This document shows, piece by piece, positions 57,111 through 64,000 of a stretch of DNA of 64,000 bases. Each line of letters opens with the position of its first letter. The first letter of the stretch is position 1. This stretch comes from a virus. Both the position numbers and the translations under genes were made by a program. The notes beneath the pieces are model-generated. The model did no database searches. It was not told where the DNA came from and saw only the letters and a list, made by a program, of their open reading frames with translations. The stretch lies in IMG/VR virus record IMGVR_UViG_3300035701_000002. One strand, given 5' to 3'.

Positions 57111-58391
57111 TCAGTCCGTGGCCGCGGTGAGTGTGATCCCAACAATCCCTGGAGCTCCGGGAACCCCTTTCTCTGCGGCTATAAGCCTGGCGGTCTTGGC
57201 CCCTCCGGGCACGATGCCCTCAATTACAAAACTGATCGGGTTTCCGTCGCTCGGGGTCGGACCGTTCATCTCCTGCAGGTATGTGTTCTGGGACGAAAGA
57301 GGCTCGTTGGTGAAGGTGGCGAGGTCCAGGAGGGTCTCCTGGGACTCGGTGACTCCGTCGCCCCACATGAGGCGTACGACGACGAAGCCCCCCGGGGCGC
57401 CCCTTGTGTAGGTCACGTAGAAGGCGACCTTCCTGACGCACTTCGGGATGACGAAGTACGGCTGATTGGTGAAGCCTCCGGACGGAGGGAGGTATCCGGT
57501 CTCGACGTGTATCGTCCTGGGGACCTCGTAGCAGCAGCCTCCCGGCGACGGCGGGCTCGGAGGGAACGGCGGAGCTGGAGGCATTGGAGGGCAGGGGGTG
57601 AAAAAGCTGTTGAAGGAGCAAGGCGGTCCTGGGTCACAGCACCCGACGGCAGCTCGGGCGTATATGATCGGAGGCGAATAACAGGCCGTTGATCCGTAGC
57701 CCCCGCACACGGAGGGCATCCACATGACGGGCTCCACGAGCTCGAAGGGGGCCGCCGGGCAGACGACGCTGAAGCCGGTGCTGACGGACTCGAGAGGGGA
57801 GCTCTGGTCCTGCTGAAACTCCCACGCGACCACGTAGTCGCCGCTCCCGACGCACACGTACCACGGGGCGAAGTACGTCCCGACCGCCGACCTCCCGGCC
57901 GCAGCCCTCGACGCCACCGGCCTTCGGGCAACGTCGAGGATCGTGAAGAAGACCGCGAAAGCATCCTGGAGGAACCCGCTGGAGTTCCGGAGGTAGAGGG
58001 GGAGGTCTCCGGGGCCGAGGCCCTGCCCGGTGAGGAAGGTGAACTGTCCCGGAGCCGGGACTCCGGCGGGAGTGACATGGCCGCAAGGGTATGCGGACGG
58101 GTCGACGACGAAGAAGTAGTCGGTCTTCTTCACGAAAGAGGATCCGAACTCCTCCTGAATCTCCCAGTCGACGCGGTAGTTCCCGTTCGGCACGTCGGCG
58201 ATCCACGGGACGTAGTATTCCCCCGTCCTTCGCCTGATCGCGGGGAGTTTGTTCCCGGAGGCCTCCGATCCGTCGCGCGAGAAGATGGTGTAGCGTACCG
58301 AGGCGGCGTCCTGGGCATACCCGTTCCAGTTGCTCAGGTAGAGCCTCAGGTCACCTCTGGAGAGGTAGCTTCGGGCGAGGAAGGCCGCCAT
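57111..58391 (-). CDS. Cys-rich structural protein with two N-terminal ~110-aa repeat domains, a Pro-rich Cys cluster and a C-terminal domain
   Basis: Repeats DLRLYLSNWNGYAQDA...GEYYVPWIADVPNGNYRVDWE and DLPLYLRNSSGFLQDA...GTYFAPWYVCVGSGDYVVAWE. Cys/Pro stretch CGGYGSTACYSPP...CCDPGPPCS...PCPPMPPAPPFPPSPPSPGGCC. Confidence 0.6.
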   Translation of the reverse strand: MAAFLARSYLSRGDLRLYLSNWNGYAQDAASVRYTIFSRDGSEASGNKLPAIRRRTGEYYVPWIADVPNGNYRVDWEIQEEFGSSFVKKTDYFFVVDPSAYPCGHVTPAGVPAPGQFTFLTGQGLGPGDLPLYLRNSSGFLQDAFAVFFTILDVARRPVASRAAAGRSAVGTYFAPWYVCVGSGDYVVAWEFQQDQSSPLESVSTGFSVVCPAAPFELVEPVMWMPSVCGGYGSTACYSPPIIYARAAVGCCDPGPPCSFNSFFTPCPPMPPAPPFPPSPPSPGGCCYEVPRTIHVETGYLPPSGGFTNQPYFVIPKCVRKVAFYVTYTRGAPGGFVVVRLMWGDGVTESQETLLDLATFTNEPLSSQNTYLQEMNGPTPSDGNPISFVIEGIVPGGAKTARLIAAEKGVPGAPGIVGITLTAATD

Positions 58392-58394
58392 AAG

Positions 58395-58790
58395 TCACGC
58401 CGGCCCCGGAGGGAGGAAGGAGGCGTTCAGGCCGTTCGGAGGGCCGACGGGGCCCGCCGGAGTGACGTCGAACTCCCTCACCACCTCCGCACTGAGCGCG
58501 GCGTTTTTGAGAACAACTCTCCAGTATCCGGTCCTGTCGGGATAGAACCTGACCGAGTAGAACCCTGGGGATCCGGAGATCTCGTTGAAGTAAACGGTCC
58601 CGGCCGAGATGGAGGAGTCCGGGATTAGCGTCCCGTCGGCAAGCGGCCAGGGAAGGAGGCCGTTCTCGGCGAACGCGGTGAGCGTCAGCTGAGCCGCGAC
58701 CACGCCGGTCGCACGGTTGGCCCCTCCGCCCGGCAGGAAGAAGTCCGCCTGATCTCGGACCAGAACGCCAGCGGATACAAGTCGTCCCAT
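58395..58790 (-). CDS. repeat-domain protein homologous to the N-terminal repeats of 57111..58391
   Basis: 131-aa ORF. ...GTVYFNEISGSPGFYSVRFYPDRTGYWRVVL...FDVTPAGPVGPP parallels GEYYVPW...YRVDWE...HVTPAGVPAPG. In frame with the next gene, separated by TGA-CTT-ATG. Confidence 0.5.
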   Translation of the reverse strand: MGRLVSAGVLVRDQADFFLPGGGANRATGVVAAQLTLTAFAENGLLPWPLADGTLIPDSSISAGTVYFNEISGSPGFYSVRFYPDRTGYWRVVLKNAALSAEVVREFDVTPAGPVGPPNGLNASFLPPGPA

Positions 58791-58801
58791 GTCCGGACGC
58801 G

Positions 58802-59212
58802 ATGATTGGAGCTCTAGTACGTAGCCGTCCGATGAACCTCAGGAGCAAGCTCGAGGCCCTGAGGGGCAGCCTGGCCGCGGCCGCGCAGGGCGCGATCGAC
58901 GAGTGGCTGCCGGACGACGAGGGCTGGGACGAGGAGCTCGGGGCCGGAGGGGCGTGCGACGCCGTGTCCAGGGCCATGTCCGAGGTCCTCGGCTCTCTCG
59001 AGGGGGTGGATGTGGCGGACGGGGGACACGAGGGCGACGACCACGCCTTCCTTGTCGTCTACGACCATGATGAGGCCTACGCGGTCGACGTTCCGCCGGG
59101 AGTCTACGAGACGGGCGGCGGATACTCCTGGAGGAAGATAGACGGGGCCTCCGTGGAGCCCGGAGATGTGACGATCTCCGAGGTCGACCGGGATCTGGTC
59201 GCGGACTGGTGA
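58802..59212 (+). CDS. hypothetical acidic protein (plus strand)
   Basis: 136-aa ORF. An internal ATG at 58832 (MNLRSKLE) is a more likely start. Confidence 0.4.
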   Translation: MIGALVRSRPMNLRSKLEALRGSLAAAAQGAIDEWLPDDEGWDEELGAGGACDAVSRAMSEVLGSLEGVDVADGGHEGDDHAFLVVYDHDEAYAVDVPPGVYETGGGYSWRKIDGASVEPGDVTISEVDRDLVADW

Positions 59213-59213
59213 C

Positions 59214-59528
59214 TTACCAGTCTCCGAGAAAGTAGTGGGCCTCGGACACGTACGCGATGCCCTGATAGCCGCACCCGAGCGGGCACGGCTTCTCAGCGGT
59301 GAAGCACCCGCGAGGCCATCGCCTCTTCACCTCGGCGGACACCGGGTTCCCCATGACGAAGTCCACGTCGCTCTTCGGAGCCCAGCCGTCCAGAATCCTG
59401 CGAGCCTCGTCCTCGTCGAAGACGAGGCCGTGCGAGCATTTCTTCGGATCGGGAGTGGAGCCGTCAAGGGGCTTTCCGTTGGATCCTAAAATCATGGGGG
59501 CCGACATGCGCCGAAACCTGCCGATCAA
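59214..59528 (-). CDS. hypothetical protein
   Basis: 104-aa ORF. Confidence 0.4.
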   Translation of the reverse strand: MIGRFRRMSAPMILGSNGKPLDGSTPDPKKCSHGLVFDEDEARRILDGWAPKSDVDFVMGNPVSAEVKRRWPRGCFTAEKPCPLGCGYQGIAYVSEAHYFLGDW

Positions 59529-59534
59529 CTCTCG

Positions 59535-59771
59535 TCAAGTCTCGAAGCATAGTTGTTTGAAGTTCACAATCTGCTGAGCGTACGGGTTGGCCTTCACGGT
59601 CGCCTTGTTCGAGTAGTACGCTTCCCGGAGGTCCTTGATCGGACCGGCCGGGTTCGTGAAGACGAACATGACCTTGTTCCCGGTCTTCCTGCGCCGAACA
59701 AGTTCACACCCGGCCAGGTTCAGGTACGCGGCAAGATAGATGTCGTCGGTCTCGTATTCTTCGATCGGCAT
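59535..59771 (-). CDS. hypothetical small protein
   Basis: 78-aa ORF with a YLAAYLNLAG motif. Confidence 0.45.
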   Translation of the reverse strand: MPIEEYETDDIYLAAYLNLAGCELVRRRKTGNKVMFVFTNPAGPIKDLREAYYSNKATVKANPYAQQIVNFKQLCFET

Positions 59772-59829
59772 TTGAGGTCCGTCCGTCTTCGTTTCAGTAT
59801 GGGACTACTCTACTGAGCGACGGCCGGAG

Positions 59830-59883
59830 GCGAAAGCCGGACATGCGAAAGCCCCCGCCGGATGGTCCGAACGAGGGCTTTCG
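59830..59883 (-). terminator. putative stem-loop terminator/regulatory element in a 164-bp intergenic region
   Basis: Direct repeats GCGAAAGCC at 59830-59838 and 59845-59853, and the inverted copy GGGCTTTCG at 59875-59883. These give a 9-bp perfect stem, CGAAAGCCC/GGGCTTTCG, around a 20-nt loop. There is no U-run. Confidence 0.25.
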
Positions 59884-59935
59884 TCGCGCGTGCCGAAGGA
59901 CTAACACAGCCTCCCCAGGCTGAGAGTCTCAACCG

Positions 59936-60694
59936 CTAAATCGTGAAGGGGGTGACGCCGTCGTTGGCCACGATGGCGGCCGCGTGGCCGACCGGAAGGC
60001 CAACTCGAAGCTGCGTGGCGACCTGGGGGGCCCCGGGGATGAAGGCCGCCGAGCTGAGCTTCCCGAGCTTCCCGTAGACGAACGAGAGGAGCACGGGGCC
60101 CGTCTCGACGAGGCTCGGAGCGATCAGGTTCTGGAGCTCGAGGGTGATGGCCGCCTTCGGACCGGCCGCGAGGCCGACGATTCCGGCGAGGGCCTGGATC
60201 GTGGCCGTCGAGACGTTCACGCTGAGCGTAACGTACTCGGTCCACGTCACGAGGCCAACGGCGACCACGGCGTCGGCGTTCGCGACCTTGACCGACGACG
60301 CCGAGACGAAGTCGGTGATGCGGAACGTCCCGTTGTTCCCAGCGGGGACAGCGAGGGAGATCGTGATGCACTTGCCGACGTCCGCCGCCGTCATGCCGGT
60401 GAGGCCGGTGAGGGTCGCCTTGACCCCGTCCGCCGCCGAAACCACGCCCGCGACGCCGGTCTGGCCGGCCACGGCCGTGACTCCGACGTAGACGGCGTTC
60501 TTGAGCACGGCGACCGGAAGGACGCCCTGCGTGATGCCGTACTTCGTCTCGATGGCGATGAGCTCCGCGTCGGTCGGCATGTGGAAGTACCGGCTCTGAC
60601 CGACGGGCTCCGAGGAGAAGCATCTCTGGGAGGTGTTCTCGACGTCGTCGAGGTAGACCTTGCTGATGTCTGAGCGGACGATGGCAACGCGCAT
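59936..60694 (-). CDS. probable virion structural protein (Ala/Val/Gly/Thr-rich beta protein)
   Basis: 252-aa ORF whose composition is typical of phage tube/decoration/baseplate proteins. Confidence 0.5.
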   Translation of the reverse strand: MRVAIVRSDISKVYLDDVENTSQRCFSSEPVGQSRYFHMPTDAELIAIETKYGITQGVLPVAVLKNAVYVGVTAVAGQTGVAGVVSAADGVKATLTGLTGMTAADVGKCITISLAVPAGNNGTFRITDFVSASSVKVANADAVVAVGLVTWTEYVTLSVNVSTATIQALAGIVGLAAGPKAAITLELQNLIAPSLVETGPVLLSFVYGKLGKLSSAAFIPGAPQVATQLRVGLPVGHAAAIVANDGVTPFTI

Positions 60695-60743
60695 GGTGAT
60701 CTCCTAATTCCTTCGACTCATCAAAACGTGAAGACGCCCGCCC

Positions 60744-61298
60744 TCAGGGGAGGGTGAAGACGTTGCTCGCCTTCGAGTTCCCCTGGACCTTCACCTTCCA
60801 GCCGGTGCCGGGGGTCCCGATGGTGACCGTCGCGTCCGCGATGGTGATCAGGATGTTGGTCTGGGACGCGAACGCGGACTGGGGGATGATCTGGGAGGAT
60901 CCGCCGGGGTTCGTCAGCGTGACGTACGTGATGTCGGGAAGGAGCGACAGGAAGGTCGTCCCGTTGATCGTCGTCGTGAGGGCCGCGTGGGTGGCCGACG
61001 TGATGACCGGCGTCTTGGTCAGCGCGGAGTTGAACGCCGTCAGGGCGCAGTAGCCCTTCACGACGAGCTGGGCGATCACGCCCTTCCCGTTCGTCTGGAG
61101 GAGGACCTCGTCCGTGGGGACGAGGTCGACATACCCCTTGACCGACGTGTCGGACGGGTTGACATACGGGACGTACAGCTTCTGCTTCGCCCTCGAGGCG
61201 TAGCCCGTGAAGTTCCCCTGCGACCTGTCGATCTTGTCGAGGAGGATCGAGCGGCGCAGAACCTGCTGGTTGATCACCCTGAAGAGAGTAGCTGACAT
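60744..61298 (-). CDS. probable virion structural protein
   Basis: 184-aa Thr/Ser/Val-rich ORF. Confidence 0.5.
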   Translation of the reverse strand: MSATLFRVINQQVLRRSILLDKIDRSQGNFTGYASRAKQKLYVPYVNPSDTSVKGYVDLVPTDEVLLQTNGKGVIAQLVVKGYCALTAFNSALTKTPVITSATHAALTTTINGTTFLSLLPDITYVTLTNPGGSSQIIPQSAFASQTNILITIADATVTIGTPGTGWKVKVQGNSKASNVFTLP

Positions 61299-61336
61299 TC
61301 CGGATCTCCTGGCTGGTACGCTCGATTAAAGCTGAA

Positions 61337-61990
61337 TCAGACGTTTGGGTTGTTGCGGAGCTCCGCCATGATCTGGATGACCGTGGCCGCCGGGCCGCGG
61401 ACGAAGAGCTGCGAGAAGGACGGGTACGTCATCGCGACGTCCGTGAACTCGACGGACAGGGCTGGGACGCGGAACTCGGGTCCGCCGGGCTCGAAGGCCA
61501 CGAAAGCGTCGCCCGCACCGTCCACCTGGAACCTCGGGTTCTGGCACTGCATCGGAAGCTGAATCTCGAACGAGCTCGAGATCGAAGGGCCGGCGGGGGC
61601 CGTCCCGACGAGGACGATCGGCCGGTTCGGCATCGAGCTGTACGGGAGAATGAGGTGCTGGGCCTCCGCCGGATGGACAGTCCCGTCCCAGTCGGTCTGG
61701 ATGATCCGGACGTAGAACGGCTTGGAGTCGTCCATGGCCGGGACCGTGGCCGTGTAGTCGGCGGGGTTGAAGAGGAACCGAGTCTTGCCGCGGAACTGAC
61801 CGTCCGCCATTCCGACGTCCGGGACTCCCGGAGAGCGGAAGCCGAAGGCCGGCACGACCTGGAACGAGACCATGACGGTGTCCCAGTTGGGCGCGACCTG
61901 GAACTGGTAGGACTTGGCGCCGGGGCGCGCCGGGAAAGCGATGTCCACGAGGCCCGGGCGCCGGCGGTATACGGAGAGGTTCCTAGCCAT
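61337..61990 (-). CDS. probable virion structural protein
   Basis: 217-aa ORF. Confidence 0.5.
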   Translation of the reverse strand: MARNLSVYRRRPGLVDIAFPARPGAKSYQFQVAPNWDTVMVSFQVVPAFGFRSPGVPDVGMADGQFRGKTRFLFNPADYTATVPAMDDSKPFYVRIIQTDWDGTVHPAEAQHLILPYSSMPNRPIVLVGTAPAGPSISSSFEIQLPMQCQNPRFQVDGAGDAFVAFEPGGPEFRVPALSVEFTDVAMTYPSFSQLFVRGPAATVIQIMAELRNNPNV

Positions 61991-62026
61991 CGCCGACCAC
62001 GGGGGATTAAAAGCCGGGAGTCCTGG

Positions 62027-62452
62027 TCAGAGTTTGACGCCCTTGTCGGCAGCCTTCTCCTCGGACACCTTCTGGTTGAACGTGGAGGCGCTCTCGACCC
62101 CCTTGTCCCTCATGGCCTCGACCTGAGCCTCCTTCCAGGACTCGGTCTCCTGGCCGTTGTAGTTCGGGATCGCGTCCTTCCGGATGTGGCCGAAGCGCTC
62201 CTGCTGGCGGCGGCCGGCGGCCTCGGACTGTTTGGCCCGGTACTGCTTGAACCTCTCGCCCTTGGAGGGCCAGGAGCCGGTCGGACCGTCCTTCAGGACG
62301 CCGTGTACGAGGTACGGGACGTAAACGTAGTTGCAGGGGCCTCCGCACTTCGGACAGGGAGGATGGTGCTCCTCGTACGTCTTGATCGAGGCGTCGTCCT
62401 CGATGATAGTTTCGCATGTCTCCGAAGGGCATTTGAAGGAGTACGTGGGCAT
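62027..62452 (-). CDS. FmdB-like zinc-ribbon protein (paralog of 20795..21226)
   Basis: The listed start is GTG; the refined start is the ATG at 62452 (MPTYSFKCPSETCE ... PCPKCGG). Confidence 0.6.
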   Translation of the reverse strand: MPTYSFKCPSETCETIIEDDASIKTYEEHHPPCPKCGGPCNYVYVPYLVHGVLKDGPTGSWPSKGERFKQYRAKQSEAAGRRQQERFGHIRKDAIPNYNGQETESWKEAQVEAMRDKGVESASTFNQKVSEEKAADKGVKL

Positions 62453-62463
62453 CGCCACATACT

Positions 62464-63885
62464 CTACTCTTCAGGCTCTTCTTTCGGTTTCGGAGGCCCC
62501 GGAGCTTCATACTCCTCGGGTTCCGGCTCGGGTTCCGGTTCGGGTTCCGGTTCCGGTTCGGGCTCGGGTTCGGTCTCGATTTCCGGCTCCTCGAAGTCCT
62601 CAGATTCCGGCTCCTCGAAGTCCTCGGTCTCCGTGCCTTCGACCAACTCCGGCTCCTCGAACTCTTCCACAACCTCATAGTCGGAGGGAGCCTCTTCAGG
62701 GACCTCAGACTCATCCGATAGATCGTAGTCCTCAGCTCCCATGTCGGGAGCAGGCTCGGTGTCGGCGGTCGCGTCCACGTCGTCGTCCGGGATCCCGGAC
62801 CAATCGACTTCAAGCTTCACGTCGTCCTTCTCGAGCTCGTCGAGCGGGATCTTCGTGGCCAGAGAAAGACGATCCCACTCTTCGTCGACCTGCTTCATCA
62901 GGTCCTCCTCGTCGAGGTCCCAGTTCTCGGACACGACGTCCTCTACGAAGTCGTCGAGCCTCTTGAGGACGGCGTAGGCATGCTTGCACAGGAAGTACTC
63001 CCTGTCCGGGTCTCTGACGTCGGGGGGAGACGCGGTCCCGAACGGCTGTCCGAGCATATAGTCCTCGGACTTTGCGTGGAACTCGGGTCCGTTCCACCTC
63101 CAGAACGGACAGTTGCACGAGAGCGCAACCTGGTCGATCTCGGAGAGGAAGGCCTGGACCACCCTCGCAGCCTTCCCGCCGGTGACGGAGAAGGTGAAGA
63201 CCTTGTTCTTCTTGCTGTATGAAGTGAGGCCGACGGTGCACGAGGCCGCGTTCTTTTTGATCTTGTCCGGGGTCCTCGGGGCGAGGGCCTCGGGCTTCAC
63301 TGCGATCCTCGCGAAGACGACCGCGGGAATCTTCGACGCGGCGGCCCGGAAGGACGCGCGGCGGCGCCCGGACATGGAGCGAAGCGCGCTACCGGCCGAC
63401 CTGACGTCGAAAGAGTGGCGGACGGGCTGCTCCTTCGTCCTGTAAGGATAGTCCCAGTACTGCGTCATGTCCACGTCGGACATGTAGCTCGTGTCCGACG
63501 GGGCCTGGACGTTCTGATCGAAGTCGTAGTCCTGATGGTGCGTGATCTCGTCAGCGCCGTCGATGTCGAATATCGACCCGGGATCGGACTGCGGGACGGT
63601 CGGCTGCACGTCGTCGTACGTGAAGGTCTTCGTTCCGAACAGGTCCGCATCCTCGGTGTTCCCGGACGGAGAGGTGTCGTCGGACGTCCTGAGAGACGCG
63701 ACTCTGGCCACAGAGTCCGAGGCGACAACCGTCTCGAGCTTCACGGGTATGAGGAATAGGGGCTTGAGGTGGTCCGGGATCGCGGCAGAGAAGCTCACGA
63801 TGTCCTGATATACCTCCTGGCAGAGGAACGCGTACTGCGCGGCCTCGGAGAGGACATATCCGTGAGGGAAGTCTCCTGCGGGCAT
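62464..63885 (-). CDS. SWIM zinc-finger domain protein with poly-acidic (EP)n C-terminal tail
   Basis: SWIM CxCxnCxH motif ...VALSCNCPFWRWNGPEFHAKSEDYMLGQ...YFLCKHAYAVL. The listed start at 63912 is TTG; the refined start is ATG at 63885 with GGAGGAG 5 nt upstream. Confidence 0.55.
   Translation of the reverse strand: MPAGDFPHGYVLSEAAQYAFLCQEVYQDIVSFSAAIPDHLKPLFLIPVKLETVVASDSVARVASLRTSDDTSPSGNTEDADLFGTKTFTYDDVQPTVPQSDPGSIFDIDGADEITHHQDYDFDQNVQAPSDTSYMSDVDMTQYWDYPYRTKEQPVRHSFDVRSAGSALRSMSGRRRASFRAAASKIPAVVFARIAVKPEALAPRTPDKIKKNAASCTVGLTSYSKKNKVFTFSVTGGKAARVVQAFLSEIDQVALSCNCPFWRWNGPEFHAKSEDYMLGQPFGTASPPDVRDPDREYFLCKHAYAVLKRLDDFVEDVVSENWDLDEEDLMKQVDEEWDRLSLATKIPLDELEKDDVKLEVDWSGIPDDDVDATADTEPAPDMGAEDYDLSDESEVPEEAPSDYEVVEEFEEPELVEGTETEDFEEPESEDFEEPEIETEPEPEPEPEPEPEPEPEPEEYEAPGPPKPKEEPEE
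62521..62572. repeat. hexanucleotide (ggttcc/ggttcg)n coding repeat giving (EP)8
   Basis: Direct inspection. Confidence 0.8.
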
Positions 63886-64000
63886 CTCATCTCCTCCGTG
63901 CGGAATCAGCAAGGTCGTCGATCAGATCTTCGACGCTCCGGGAAGACCTGCGGACTTTGGTCGCCGGAGGCGACGGCTCACGGTCGTAGTCCGTGTCGGG

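Noticed and set aside
58389-58397. Programmed TGA readthrough or selenocysteine between the two in-frame repeat-domain ORFs
   Set aside because: The same TGA-inside-GGTGA-then-ATG arrangement occurs at 2606-2614 between unrelated genes. It is therefore most simply a translational-coupling junction. The split-gene question is kept as a low-interest finding.
1-64000. First impression of a Pandoravirus-like eukaryotic giant virus (high GC, collagen-like repeats)
   Set aside because: Shine-Dalgarno motifs sit at correct spacing before many starts. ATGA/GTGA coupled operons are common. A sheath-like gene and a TMP-like gene are present. HNH and GIY-YIG homing endonucleases are present. All this points to a prokaryotic tailed virus or prophage.

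Overview
This is a 64-kb window of about 65-70% GC that is almost entirely coding, with nearly every long gene on the minus strand. Long plus-strand ORFs rich in R/G/P are high-GC frame shadows. Many genes have Shine-Dalgarno-like motifs (GGAGG, AAGGAG, GGTGA) 4-9 nt upstream of their starts. Start/stop overlaps of the ATGA, GTGA and TAGATG type are common, and a recurring pattern is GGTGA-NNN-ATG where the upstream gene's TGA stop lies inside the RBS. These features point to a prokaryotic virus rather than a eukaryotic giant virus. The content looks like a segment of a large contractile-tailed (jumbo-type) phage or prophage of a high-GC host. At the left edge is a partial tape-measure-like gene. 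There is a 1698-aa tail-sheath homolog with large insertions, two paralogous GIY-YIG/NUMOD3 homing endonucleases, and at least three low-GC HNH endonuclease islands, two of which carry tandem HNH domains. Other genes encode an AAA+ ATPase, a J-domain protein, an actin-like ATPase, a dual-specificity phosphatase, a minimal ATP-dependent ligase, a SWIM zinc-finger protein and two paralogous FmdB-like zinc-ribbon proteins. The most striking unit is a roughly 12-kb translationally coupled glycan-biosynthesis operon. It encodes UDP-glucose 6-dehydrogenase, a UDP-glucuronate decarboxylase (UDP-xylose synthase), a cobalamin-type radical-SAM enzyme and a SAM methyltransferase-glycosyltransferase fusion. 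It also encodes two GT4 paralogs, a GT2-TPR-GT4 fusion and a glycosidase-like TIM-barrel protein. This operon abuts two giant Thr-rich collagen-like fibre genes of 1226 and 2989 aa that carry BclA/C1q-like globular domains, plus associated repeat-domain proteins. Together these form a candidate self-encoded glycosylated collagen-fibril system. No rRNA, tRNA or CRISPR array was seen. The ORF track translates GTG and TTG starts as M, so refined starts are approximate. All functional calls come from motif recognition by eye with no database search.
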